Assembly: GCF_964355755.1 (NCBI RefSeq) | Contig: NC_092673.1 | Location: 30,005,648-30,069,647 of the forward strand | Source: Antedon mediterranea | Lineage: Eukaryota > Animalia > Echinodermata | Reading direction: 5' to 3' | Length of the DNA stretch: 64,000 nt | Part shown: positions 39,111-53,043 of the stretch, piece after piece | Numbering within the stretch: the stretch's first letter is position 1 | Layout: every line of letters begins with the position of its first letter | Notes under the pieces: model-generated | Seen by the model: only the letters and a program-made list of their open reading frames with translations | The model's database searches: none | What the model was told of the DNA's origin: nothing | Program-made: the position numbers and the translations under genes

Positions 39111-39771
39111 CATGCTACATTAGAAGAAGAAATTCACCATTTATTAGTTTGTTTGAAAACATTTATGTGACATTTAACAATAAAAACACACTTGTGTAAG
39201 GAAGGAATATCGGGTTACAGCGTTGTTTACCATCAGAAGCCAATCATCGTAATTATTACATTAATAATACGAACATTGAACCCTGAGTCATTGTGTTTGC
39301 ATTTAAACAACATCTTTGTGTCGTTAAAAATGTATTTCGAAATTCTGAATACAACAACTCATCGTACCGAGAAAAATAACGCATTGTATCAGCTGTTAAC
39401 ATATTTTACAACATGACCACCTTCACCACATGCCTAATTAGCATATCAGGTGTTCAAATATTGATAACAATAGGTTTCTATCCCAATAGCATCCTTTAGG
39501 CAATTCTATCTGATTGTGGGGGTCAATGTGCTTACAATATTTAATGGTTAAGTACTGAATGTCCTCGTGAACTTGTTGATGTGGTTATATATTCATGTTT
39601 TCATTCATTTCAATTATTAACTTCCTTCACATCACAAGTGAACTTTAAATCTATAACCCTTTTTGCAATGAGATTTATACATCCTGAAAAGAGGTAATTT
39701 TGGCAAAATCGTTTACTCTGTTGGTTGTTTTAGAAAGGTTAGTTTAAATTTTGTATTTGTATTGTATAAAC

Positions 39772-40225
39772 ACTTCTTCATCTCTCCCCCCCCCCTTTTC
39801 TTTTTCTTTCTTCCCTCCCTCTCCTTCTTCTCTCCTCTCCCTCTTCTCCCCTCTCCCTCTTCTCACCCTCTCCCTCTTCTCCCCTCTCTCTCATCTCCCC
39901 TCTCCCTCTTCACCCCTCTCCCTCTTCACCCCTCTCCCTCTTCTCCCCTCTCCCTCTTCTCCCCTCTCCCTCTTCTCCCCTCTCCCCTCTCCCTCTTCTC
40001 CCCTCTCCCTCTTCACCCCTCTCCCTCTTCACCCCTCTCCTCTTTTCCTCTCTCCCTCTTCTCCCCTCTCCCTCTTCTCCCCTCTCCCTCTTCTCCCCTC
40101 TCCCTCTTCTCCCCTCTCCCTCTTCGCCCCTCTCCCTCTTCGCCCCTCTCCCTCTTCGCCCCTCTTCCTCTTTACCTCTCCCTCTTCACCACCTCTTCTT
40201 TTTCCTCTTCTCCCAATCTTCACCA
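39772..40225. repeat. Polypyrimidine/polypurine tract with ~17-bp period
   Basis: Repeats of CCCCTCTCCCTCTTCTC; almost purely C/T on the + strand for ~450 bp. Confidence 0.95.
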
Positions 40226-41104
40226 ATGTCCCAGTGATTTATTCTCCTCTTCCAATTTACTTTTAAAAAATGTTGATAATATTTATTGATTTATGTTTGC
40301 ATGTTTGGATGCTTTAAGTGTTGGTGTGTCATGACTTACTGTATAGCGACAGTGGTCCTCCAATATCTCTTACAATGTGATGTTTTTAAATGTTAAAATA
40401 AATAAAATAAAATGTTCCATTTCATTTATTCAATTCCTTTCCATAGTTATGAACAATCATCTTAATTTAGAGTCTTTTGCTAAAAAAATTTTTTTTTTAC
40501 TAAATTGAGAAACTGAAAGATTAATTATTATTCCTTCACATAATTGTAGTTTGTGATCAATAAAATACATTTAATGCCTGGGTTATATGAGATAGAAACA
40601 TCCAATTACGTATTTGTACGAGAATTACTTTCATTAGTAAACCCAAACCACATTGCTGAATAGATCTAATGACAACTTTAATTAAAATTCTTCTGTTGGC
40701 AATACAGTACACTGTTTATGTTCAACAAAAACACATTTTCCATATGTTTTAATTATAATATTCTATTATTCAAGAACAACAATAATATTACCTTGACACT
40801 GCACCACAAAGGATAATATAAATTATATTAAAAAAATATACATATCATTCATCAAATTGTATAAAATAATTTTTCTTTTTTTTTCAAAGGAAAAATACAA
40901 TTTGCATGATAATAGAAGAAAACTTGATTGTTTATTGAGAACATTAAAACAAATATAATACAATGCAATTTTTTATTTAATGGCTTTCCTGTCCATTCAT
41001 GATTAAAACCTTGCCTTAAATTATCAATTTTATCACTTCCCATTAAAATCCTCCAAAAGCTTAGGATGAGGGCTTGGCTAATTTTATGATAAAAATTAAA
41101 AATT

Positions 41105-41375
41105 AATAAAGAAAATATAAATAAAATGTATATCAGTAATAATGACTTGGTTTAGTCATATACAGTATTATTTAATTATATAATTTAAATAATATTATTT
41201 TGAGATCCAATCAAAATTATTTAGTATCATCATGAACATTATTTCAATAAAGAAAATATAAATACAATGTATATCAGTAATAATGACTTGGTTTAGTCAT
41301 ATTTTATTATATAATTTAAATAATATTACTTTGAGATCCAATCAAAATGATTTAGTATCATCATGAACATTATTT
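41105..41375. repeat. Tandem duplication, ~135-140-bp unit, 2 copies
   Basis: AATAAAGAAAATATAAATA...GACTTGGTTTAGTCATA...GAGATCCAATCAAAAT...CATGAACATTATTT occurs twice. Confidence 0.9.
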
Positions 41376-44289
41376 GTTTTATGAGAATATATAATGCTGA
41401 GCTTTTGGTTTAGGCAAGGGCCTTAGCCTCACAGTAGGTTTATAAATTATTATAACCAATAATAACAAAAAAACAAACAAAAGGATCACTCCTAAACAAC
41501 TACGTCACAAAGACATTATTTTCAATGTATATTGAGCTTATAAAGATTATTATATTAAAATTAACTCCTACTAGGTCAGGATACACCTTATACCATTTCC
41601 TAACATTCAAGGTCTATAAAGTGTTACCTTCAACCTATGAAATGCTCTCTAACATTTCGCAATTACGCACTGGTTATGTTTAAATAACATAGTATAAACT
41701 GACTTCAAATAACGAGAGGCAAGCCATGATTTAACCTTTCGATCTTTATTTTTATTCCTGATAATGATAAATTAAAGATTCAAACGTTGAATCATGCACT
41801 GCCTTATGTTATTTGGAGTCAATTTCTTTTATCAATTTAAATTCACCAACAAAGTTGGCCTAGTTACCTTTCCTTAACTGGTTACATTTATCACGCACTG
41901 AATTTAATATCTGGTTTTTTTTATGCACGATCTATATATGCTGCAACATTAGCCTAGTTTATACACACATATGTTGTTATGTGATTCATAAATGTTCCTA
42001 TTAAACCAAGCTATTAGACAATCTAATTTTGAAGTACAATATGTATGATTGCATACTTTAATGTCTTAAGTTCATGACATGAATGTTATTTTCCAAAGCT
42101 AACGATTTTGATATTCTTCAATCGTAATGTGCACTGTCTTAATCCTTTTTTTTATTTGATGACCAATTACTACCCACATAGATGTTTTATTTTCATTTCA
42201 TTAAATAGAGAAATGTGTTTCTTTTATTCCAATGAGGATATTTTTCTTTTTTCCCATAAGAATTTTTTTCTTCTTTCAGTCCATGAACAAAATTGATTTA
42301 ATTTTTGATTTATGAAAGAAGTTCTTTTGATTTATGGATGGTTTTTGTTTACATGTACAACATAATTTACATAGGTCTTCTGATTATGAATGGACATAAC
42401 AAATTCTAGGTCGTTTGTTATGTGTGTTGAACCTCTTTAATCATTCAAACAAGAGGCAAATGATGTGCAGATGAAATTCAAGAGAATATTAGTATAATAA
42501 TAATGTATTTGAGGTGTTACGTAGCGGTAGACGTTACCCCGGTCCATCATCTCTTGTACAAATAGGTTTCGTAACAGCTTTTATCCAACGACATATATCG
42601 TACGAGAGTGATGTGACATTTTGTAATTGTTCTTGTTTTTTTTTTTTTTTCTGTTTTTGTATATAAAAAAAACATTATTTTTATGTATATTTTATATGCA
42701 AATGACAATAAATGGAAGTCTGATTATATTTTCGTCCAATTTATTAATTACAATGATAACTTAGGTAAAAGGTTATTCATAAATTGGTTACATTCCTTCT
42801 TTACTAATTTTTCATGTTTGAAAAATATTATATGTATATCATTCATTTATTCAACAATATGTAGGCCACTAGCCCAAATAAATAATGTAAGTAATATTAA
42901 TAAATACATCTTAATTATGAGTAGTAGTAGTTATACCAAGATATTACTTTGTTTTTAAGTAAAAAAAAGATAAGTCTTCTCAGGTTATTGATTATCTTTT
43001 CCGTTTGTTTTTTACTGCAACTTTTATCTCCAATAATGTTGGTATTCGTGTTCCCGCCTGTAAATTAAGAAATAAAAATGTCCTTTGTGTTCCCTTTAGT
43101 AGTCAATGTTCTTAAAAATGGTTACATCAATAGATTAAGTTTATCTTATAATTGTTTAGTTCAGGCCCATCCCCAAATTTACATTTTTAATTCCAATCTT
43201 TATCTTTTTCATCGTAATTTAGGTGTTTATTGTCTCTGTATCTGTTAAACCAAACTGTAAGTGGCGGATGTGTTTCTGCTGCTGTTTCTGGTTTAAAAAA
43301 AAAAAATAAATAAATAAAAATTCAACATAAACTATTATAACAGTATTTGTATTTATTTATTCAAACTTTTAGGAATTTGTAAACTAAATTATTATTCTAA
43401 AAAAAACATCTGGCTATCATATCAGGTATGTTGTCAAGATAAATTATGTTGATATTTTGAATAAATTTTTTATAATTTGGTAATTAAATGTAAAACCATA
43501 TGTTAAATTCAAGGCTTTTGGAACAAAAAAACTCAATAAAAAACATCTTTTTATACGATCAACTCTTAATTAATTAAAAACATTAAACCAGGTCATTCCT
43601 TGTCTTAAATGTATGTTTTGTAGTAAATTGTGATAAAAAGAGAGAAACGATGCACATTTTTAAACGTTTACAGATAAAAAAAGTTATCTCGTATAGTATT
43701 TATTTAAACATTAAATGTAGTTTGTGACTTTAAATTAGATCTTAAAAAAATGGGAAAAAGATACCAATTTGTAATTTGAGTTTTTAAATGTGGCCCTCTG
43801 GAGGTGATAAAATTTCCTCAATATGTCATGTGACCATCAAATTGATCAATCTTCCTTGACGAGTTAAACTCATGAATATTAAACCCACAACAACATAAGA
43901 CCTTTGACCATGCTTGACCAATCACGGACAACATATAGAGAAGAAAGCATAGAAATATTGTACAATAATATAATCAACAGTTCATTTTAACATAATTTGT
44001 GATTGAACCACCATTAGAATAATATAATCTTCTTCTACATATTTTTTTTATTTTACTAAAAAAATCGAAATTGGTTCTTACAATAGTATAAATTTGAATT
44101 ATTTTATACCAAACATTTTTTATATTTGGGAAATTTCAATTGCAATGGCGGCCACTACTAGCAATTCAATGTGTATGTTGTATTTTAAAGATAAAGAAAA
44201 GATGACACATTAAACTGTTGTTATCCCAGCAGGGTACAGCCCACTCAAGACTAGAGAGGAAGAAATATTGCTGGTACCAGTACCCTTTG

Positions 44290-44780
44290 AATGTGTTCAC
44301 TAAAAATACATTGACGGTGAATATTTTAGGGCAAATCACTATTTAATCTATGTTTTGTTTGCTATGTTAGTATAACCAAATTTCTATGAATTAATCTTGA
44401 TTTTGATTCTTGAATACATACATGTATACCACCCTGTGAATATGTTGACTAAAAATACATTGACGGTGAATAGTTTAGGGCAAAATCAACTATATTATTT
44501 AATCTATGTTTGCTTATGTTAATATTACCAAATTTCTATAAATTAATCTTGATTATTTAATCTATGTTTGCTATGTTAGTATAACTAAATTTCTATGAAT
44601 TAATCTTGATTTTGATTCTTGAATACATATACATGTATACCACCCTGTGAATATGTTGACTAAAAATACATTGACGGTGAATAGTTTAGGGCAAAATCAA
44701 CTATATTATTTAATCAATGTTTGCTTATGTTCATATAACCAAATTTCTATTGTTCTTGATTTTGATTCTTTAATACATAA
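44290..44780. repeat. Complex tandem repeat, ~3 copies
   Basis: ACTAAAAATACATTGACGGTGAATA...TTAGGGCAAA repeated near 44300, 44450 and 44660. Confidence 0.85.
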
Positions 44781-46791
44781 TGTTTACATTATTGTTACTG
44801 GTACATCATTATGTTATTCTTTAATAATAATAATTAATAATATATAATAATATAATTATTCTGATTATTTAAATGACTATAAACATACTGTACATTAGAC
44901 ATCAGTGCCATGTCAAATATCTTTTTTGTTCATGTTAATCAAATACCTGCAAATTAATGTATACTTAATTTTAAATATTTAATATTTATTTATACATTAT
45001 TATTACTATATTGTGTTTCTTGATTAGCGATTAAATTAAATTCTGTAAATATACAATTTATATCCCTGTCATGTAATATATGTCAACAAATATTTACTCT
45101 GCTTTTCTCAATCAATGTTAATCAAAATTTATTTAATGTTATTCTTGAATGAGCTATTTATATTTGAGAAATATTAAACAACAGTACTGTATATCATTAT
45201 CTAACTTTCAAGTGTTTTCCATATAATTGAAGATAGTTACAGTATTAATACATTAACTGTAAATGAAAACTTATTTTCATTAAAAGTTGATCAATTTTTC
45301 ATTAGAAACTTGTGTGTGCTACAATATTATTACTATATTATTACTATAGAGATGTTATGATAAAAATGTATTAGAGTATGTCGTTGAATTCTACTAGCTT
45401 TAGATGCCTAGCCCTGACTTTTGGGTTCATAACATTACAAGTAGAAATGTGTTTCTGGAGAGGAGAGCATCCGCTTGTTGTCATTATTACAGATGAACTT
45501 TAGTTGTAGTAATATAGTAGCAGGAGAGCATGCTATTAAGAGTGTATTTATTTATTGCCAGCTTACAGTTTAATACATGAATTGTTCTAGAACCAGAGTT
45601 TGCATTTTCATGCTTGATTTATTGTTCATTCGTCGTCGTCACTGCTGTATGGCTTGAATTGAATGTAGTTTGGGCGGAACACATCATGCATGTTGAACAG
45701 AGTACGCATGAGCGAACTCCAGTTAAGGTCAGGCGGTCGTGGCTTTGGAAGTAAGGATGACCTTGGCCAAGGCTTGTGCTTTATAAACATCACAAAGTAT
45801 TAGGACATTTAGGTCAGCCGTATTGAAGTAGTTCTTTCTACATTGAAATCACAAGCCAGGCATGAAAGCTTCCATAGATATTATATGCATAACAAAAGGC
45901 CCGGCTATGTGACTAGCAATAGATCGCAGCTATGCTATATCAATCACTTGTACAAATACTTTGAAGAAACTAGGACATATGTAACACACTTGTACTCTCT
46001 TGGATTTGTATACTTCATTTATAGGGGGTAAGAATTTAATTACATTTTTTTTAAAGTATTGACTCTATACCATTGAGGATGTTACCATCATCATGCGCTA
46101 TATTTAATATATGGACAAATATTAAATTTCCAGTTAGTATATACAGTAATATAATTCTAGAATAATCATACGCTAACCTTTTTAATCTGGTAGTGTGAAT
46201 GTATGCAGTAGTATTTATTCAGTGAAGTGTACACATAGCTGCTTAGTTGTACTATTGGACTTGTGGTTCTCACTGTGAGAATAGGAGTTTAATATCTAAC
46301 ATTAGGTTTCTGCGTGGTGTCTTTACTGACTGTGACTAAAAATAACTCACATGAGGTACTTCTATTGGCCTGATGGCAGTACATCATATCTATGGTGAAT
46401 ATTAAAACTTTTAGTTTTATACTAATAGGACAGGTATGACCTATTAAATATAAGTCATTAATAGTTTAATAAGTATTTATTTTATATGTAAAATAATGTG
46501 ATATTTATACTACTTATGAAAAAGTTTTTTTAGTAACATTAGTAGTCTATTTTATATTGTACTTGCATTACATACCATACTGTATGTAATGTTTCACATA
46601 CCAATTTATGAATATATTTATAATTTATATATATTTATAAATATTGATTAAATAGAACAAATTACATTGTTTAATTGGTATATTGTATAAAAAAGACTGA
46701 AACAGAATGTTACTAGAACAAATCTAGTTTGTTTCACCTTTGTAATTATTTAAATTAAGAATATATTATAACTGTGGGTTAAAGGTTCAAC

Positions 46792-46810
46792 CATTATTTT
46801 TTCCTCTATG
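46792..46810. mobile_element. 19-bp insertion with 7-bp target duplication (second P-type footprint)
   Basis: GTTCAAC | CATTATTTTTTCCTCTATG | GTTCAAC; same CAT...CTCTATG termini as 18228-18248. Confidence 0.55.
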
Positions 46811-47863
46811 GTTCAACAAAACATAAACTACTTTTGAACCTTTTACCCATTGCTACACTGAAACCAGATGAAATTGTTTACACAGCTTTACATACTATTT
46901 TTAACATAATTTGGCTGTATTGAATGCAATGTGAAATATACAAACATCTCTAAACCCATGATTGAAAAGGTTAGTTTTTACTAATTATTGGTTTGAAAAA
47001 AAGAATATTTTCAATATATCTCTAAACCCAGTCTACACTATAAATGTAAAACCAGACAAAATATCATAAAACATTATTATCTAAAAAGATCAATTATCTG
47101 CAAAAATTTGTCTTTTTGGTGGTATATTCTTGAATTAAAAAAAAGAAATTTATATATAAAAATAAATAAAAATAAAAGTATACTGTAGATGTAAAGGCAG
47201 ACAGGAAGGCAGAGAGAATTTTTATTTTTAAAAGTTTTTTTGGAAGGCAATCAAATTTAGAACCATCATAAATGAAATGTTATAAAATATTACTATCAAA
47301 GTACGGTACCATATTTTATTGAATAGTGAGTGAGTGAATGAGTTATATTTAACAGAAATATATTATGATAATATTACAACTATAATGGAATAATATTTAA
47401 AACATTATGGTTTAATGTATTTGGAAGTTGTTATGATTGAAACAGTGAAAGCTAGTATTGAAATATCTGATAAATATGCTATACACATACAGTATTATAT
47501 TATAACAGATTATACTATAGTACTGTAGTTCACAGTTTAGGATTATAATGTTATTGTTTACAGCATTATAATGAAATTGTATGAAAAATGCTATAAATTC
47601 TCTCAGTATCTATTCTAATGTAAATCTAGTGTGTTTACAGTATAGTGGAGGAAATGAGTCAAGTGTACGCAGGAAAGAGGGGGCAAGTAAATATATAGAT
47701 ATTTTGGGTTTAAAACACAGTTAATGGTTTCAACATATTTCTTAATATACTGTTAAGTGTTCAATGTTTCCATTTAGATTCAAGATTAAAATGGACAATC
47801 AAGAAATCATTTAATTTAAATATGAATATGATTGATAAACACAGTGAAAACACTATTATAGTG

Positions 47864-49445
47864 CAGTGGTGGCGCCAGCGGGGGGGCCGGGGGGGCCAGG
47901 GCCCCCCCGTCGGGGAAAGCTGGCCCCCCCGTCGGGGAGTATTGGTCATATTTGACGGGGAGAAAAATATGATCATTTCTTTTCTGGTAAAAAATAAAAC
48001 CATATTAAGTGTACTACTATATATTTTAAGTAACTGCGGCATTCCATTTTTGACGTACGTACGATATACTGACAGCGAAGTAAACGGTATGATGTGGTAC
48101 GCATTTGTCTGGCGGTGTCTCTTTGTACGAATCTTTCATGGCTCACTGCGGTATACGCGTCGACATACATCCAGGGACCAAAATGTGTATTTTTCAGATT
48201 CCAGGCGAAAATCGAAAATTTATTTGCAACTACGCATCGACGTACGTTTATACAGGGATAAGGGTACGAGTTATGTTCTCACGGTTCAGTTTACGAATTG
48301 TTTCAATTTACCAATAACCCTTGGTGTACCGCGTATATGTCCGCTGTCGGTTGGTTGGCCCGAACCATAAAACAGGGTCTGGTCACGTTTCTTTTCGCGC
48401 ATAAATCTTGATCTAGGGTAGGTGGGTGAATAGGGTGGCTAGCCACCTCCCTTAATTCTAAAGGGAAAAAAAAGATGCACCAAACCCATGACCGTCGCTA
48501 GACGCGGATTCGACGTACTTGACTCTTTTTAAGAAGAGTAGGCTAGAGCTATAGTTGTGTAAATAGGCCTACATAGTGAAATAACTATTTATGAATTCAA
48601 GAGTCTAAAAAGAAAACGCAATTTAAAATCTTCGGAAAATACCCACAACTGAGTTATTTTCAAAACACATGCACTCCCACTACCAGCATCACGTTTTCTT
48701 AGCTCGCTCCTCGTGTGAATGCTGACGTCATCACTCTCCAAAAAATACACCATTTTCCGCCCTGGTCCGTGTGCAAGCGTTAGCGTGGACCTGTATATTT
48801 ACACCCCTGTACAGAGTAGAGTGTAATATCGTGAACTTTTTTCTCGCGTATGAAGGTTTTTTATATAATGGTATACAGTATAAACGATAAAAAAAACGAT
48901 AAACATGATGTTCTTTTATTATTATTTCATAGGCATAACATAAACATGAAATGTCTTGTTCTATGTACACGGCCGAAAAAACGGCATTTTATTGATTTGT
49001 GTTATAGACACGGCGATTACGGCAATCATCATTGTATACGGTACTAAATTACATTGAGTTATTCACCCGGCTATAGGGTATATATCTGAGGTTAACAGAC
49101 CACCAAAGCACAGTCGTACACTAAACACATGCACTATCGAGGCATTTTCGGATCAAAGTTTATTATTAGTTCGTCGAAAAAGATCCGTATTAGAGTATTT
49201 AGGAAAGATTTATTTAAATTTACATTATTATGTGACATTGTTATTAAATGTAATGGAAACAGTTGCTCTAGCCTATTAAACAGTGTGTACGCATCTATTT
49301 TTTCAAAATTTTTTGAGGCTCGGGAGGGGGAATACCCCCTCCCAAACCCACCCCCGCTTTCGCGCGTACGGCCCCCGTGGGGGGATTCGGCCCCCCCGTC
49401 GGGGAATTTGGCCCCCCCGTCGGGGAAATCCTGGCGCCACCACTG
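47864..49445. mobile_element. Non-autonomous hAT transposon (1582 bp)
   Basis: TIR CAGTGGTGGCGCCAG / CTGGCGCCACCACTG. Perfect 8-bp TSD TTATAGTG (47856-47863, 49446-49453). Subterminal CCCCCCGTCGGGGA repeats at both ends. Confidence 0.93.
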
Positions 49446-49500
49446 TTATAGTGTTGTTTACAGTGCATTCTATTCATTCAATTTATAGGCATAAATAGAA

Positions 49501-49533
<33 letters not shown>

Positions 49534-51073
49534 TTAATGGAAATTACGAAAATAGTGAAGATATTATTTTAAAGGAAAATTGAATCTAGACTCTTTCTGT
49601 TTATTGCTTAGTTAATACAGAATTCTGTTGCTTGCCTAAAAAAAAAATTATATTATATTTTTTTTTAATTTGTGTAAGCGAATTAAACTCATATAAATTT
49701 GTAATTTATCCTAACTGAATCCAGTAATCTTTCATTAAAAATGTTCTTGTAAAATTCTTTGGATTGTACTGTACATGGTTGAATTCCTAATAATATCGTT
49801 ATTGTGTATCTCCACTCATGATATTATGTAACATTAACATGATATTAAGATAAATTGTTCTAAGGTACCATTATAAAAAATTATTCTAGGCAGCTGGCTT
49901 TAGCTGATAATGAGTTATATCTATTATAAAAGCTTTTGTTTTATTGCAGAAGTAGTAGTACCTTCACCTTTGACCTACTTTTTTTATAGCTCTTCTAACT
50001 TTCTAAATACATAGCCAATACATGCGAGTAATTAAATTACAAAATAAATAGTTTGAAATAGTAAAGTTTTTTTTTGTTTCACAGTTTTTTTATGACAGGT
50101 TTGTCATTGATTATAATTATTTGAGATTCACTCTTCTGTGATGGGTTCCGTTTTGGGCAGTTTGCCAAATTTTAATAAACTATATTTAATATTTGTTATT
50201 ATTCCTAGTACCCTTTATTCAAGTTAATTTTGTTCTAGTATGCTTATTCAGATAAGATAATGGATAGTTTTACACATTTTTAATTACAGTACATTTCTGC
50301 TAAAAAAATTGACATGTTAAAAAGTTAAGTTGAATGCATAATTACATTTGTTTCTTTATTTCCGTTAATTATAAATAAATTGATTTGTAAAATTAGATAA
50401 ATTAGCTTTAATTGGAAAAGTCCAGTGAAAGCAACACAAAATCTGTGAATATTATTTTAAAGGGATCTTATCTATATAATCCAAAAGTCAATTTCAATTA
50501 TAAATGCAAACAAATACTGTGGTATCTGCTCAACATTTACCATTTATTATCACATAACTTATCTACTGATTTCTATCTATACACCATTTATTCAAGTCGC
50601 ATTCAAAATGGTATGCCAGATCAATTACATCTAAATTTGTTGCTATAATCTCAGTATCATTATTTGAACCACAACCATATTAGGGCCTGTTTAGACCTAC
50701 AGATTTACTCTATGCTTTCGTATTGTACGCGGCGTACAACTCCGTAGGTCTGAACCAGGAACAGATTAGCGGAAGCCACCTCTTACGACACTGATCTTTC
50801 GTTCGTTAGGACAGCTGACGCTACAAGATGAATGCCACTTACAATACGAAAGTCATGCATCAATGATTTTGACCTCTACCGGTATCCAATCAAATTTGCC
50901 CCTGTATACCAGATATTCGCCCCCAAATCGGTGAAGCTTTAGTTTCAAATGAAGGCGTTAGTTAGGAATATCTGAACACTTTACTGTTACGACGCTAATT
51001 ATAATATGACATTACTTACGAAAGCATAACTCCCTGGTTCTCAACATACCTGTAAACTAATATTGATACTTAA

Positions 51074-52085
51074 AGGAAAGGAACACCCTAATATCTTACC
51101 TAACTATTATAAAAGTAACCCTACCAACTTAATATTCAGCACAATTTATGTTTAAATCGGATTTGTAGTTTTCTAGTAAACAGGATTTTAAAGCTGTTTT
51201 CAAGACATTTGAAAATCGCCATCTTGTGCTCATGGCAGCCTGTTTGTGACGTCAGATACGGCCGACGAAAATTTTAAGATTCGCGGTTGCATTCAGCGCT
51301 TCTATTGGCTAAGCGAATCCGCTAATATGATTGGCTAATAACGCGACATGCGGTCATGCAGGACGGCGATGACACGGTATGAGCATGCGCTGGCTTGGTA
51401 AACAAACCTTCGATCGATCTTTTCTTCTGCAAGCCAATTCGTAAATCTTTCAGCTATTGTTAATCTATTGTTACTTTTATTGCCTAGCTGTTTCAAACGG
51501 GATTTGGTAGGGGAATTAACTGGCAAACCTTCGAAACGGAGGCTGTTGGTTGACGATGCAGTGTCTACTTTATTTTCGTTCAACACGAGTTCTAGGCCTA
51601 GTAAGGCATACAGTACAGATACACTGGCCGAAAGTACACCATTCTTCGACGGCTTGTTATGCTCGAGAATGTTCTTCTTCTCTTCTTTTTTCCTCATCAG
51701 CACGACGCAAAACTAACTCTCTTTCTGTATATTCTGGTTCCAAATTTTTTGAATTATAAAAACTCCAAGCCATATTCCGAAAATATTAGGTATGTTAGGC
51801 TATTTAATTGATTTTATTTATGGTTATATCCCGCACTTCCATATTGAAATACTGTACTAAGACGATGGGCGCTTGGATTTGCTTGAATGCGTCCACCTAA
51901 TCTGACGTCACATAATTGCTCTTAACCTGTCAAAATGGCGCTGTTCAATTTCCGATATTTTGTCGTTTAAAAGTCTATTTTTTAACTAAATTGCTTACTA
52001 TTGTACCTTGAACCATTGTAATCATGTTTTTATTACATTTATCTATAAGCACAGTGGCACATTTAGCCCAGGGTGTTCCTTTCCT
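51074..52085. mobile_element. Non-autonomous Kolobok-like transposon with THAP-domain remnant
   Basis: TTAA | AGGAAAGGAACACCCT ... AGGGTGTTCCTTTCCT | TTAA. An internal + strand frame reads CFKRDLVGELTGKPSKRRLLVDDAVSTLF, resembling the THAP C-terminal AVPTxF box. Confidence 0.85.
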
Positions 52086-53043
52086 TTAAGTACATAACAT
52101 GCTGCTAGCACCAGAGAATCAAAACATCTATTCCATTCACAAAAACTAAAAACCACCACCAATTTCATTTTTCCATGAAATCCTCCTTAGTTTATATCTG
52201 AAAGTTTGTTCTTAAATAACCTGTGTACAGTATCCCCTGCCAATTATTTCTCAGGTCAATTCGGGTCTTTTGGAGCTTGCTAAAAATCTAGATGGATAGC
52301 CATTAAAAACCAAATAATATTTTGGGGGGGGGGGGGGCTCATAAAAACCTGAAACCATTCACCAAAACAAAATTAATTTTTTTTTTATGGACCGAGCTTG
52401 GCATTCATCCTCGTATTCAAGTCAACTTCTAACCAAATTTCTCTGACTGTTTGTATCTGCCGAGCTTGTTTCTTTGTATTCGTACATTAAAATATGAGAC
52501 CTTTGTATTCCTTGTTTTGCTTCAGTACTACTATTGAGATTGAATACAATATAATTTTCTATAGCTTAACACTAGGTTCATATGTTATGGATGAATGAAC
52601 ATTATGAGTACTTATGTAACATTGCAACACCAAATATGGGCAACGAAGAGTAAACAAACTATTATCAATATGTTATGGTCCTACAATACTGTACATTTTT
52701 CTCTTAGCATCAAGAGTTATTTAATGTGAAATTTTGTAATTGTATATTCCGAATTTATTATTGTAGTTTTTATAGATTTCATTTCAATATTTTTTATTGT
52801 AATACAAACGTTATTAGCTATGTGCTATTGTTTTTGTAATTTTATATATACCGTAATAAATAAATGTAAAATTTTATATTTGTGTGTCCAAGACAATAAT
52901 TGGTGATAAACATTTTTAAATTTAAATGACAACATACAGTATCTGGTCTATTGTGCACTTTTCAAAACTAAAGAATGATGTAACATGCATGATAGTTCAT
53001 TGGCATTTTATATTTATATTCTTTACGTGTTTATATCTTACAG

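Noticed and set aside
39751-40289. Pro/Ser/Leu-rich and Arg/Gly/Glu-rich ORFs
   Set aside because: Translation of a C/T simple repeat.
47761-49498. Several 60-180 aa ORFs
   Set aside because: They lie inside a non-autonomous hAT element; no transposase motifs recognised.
50682-51050. Palindromic segment CCTGTTTAGACCTAC...GTAGGTCTGAACCAGG
   Set aside because: Likely a decayed MITE; ends and TSD cannot be fixed, so not called.
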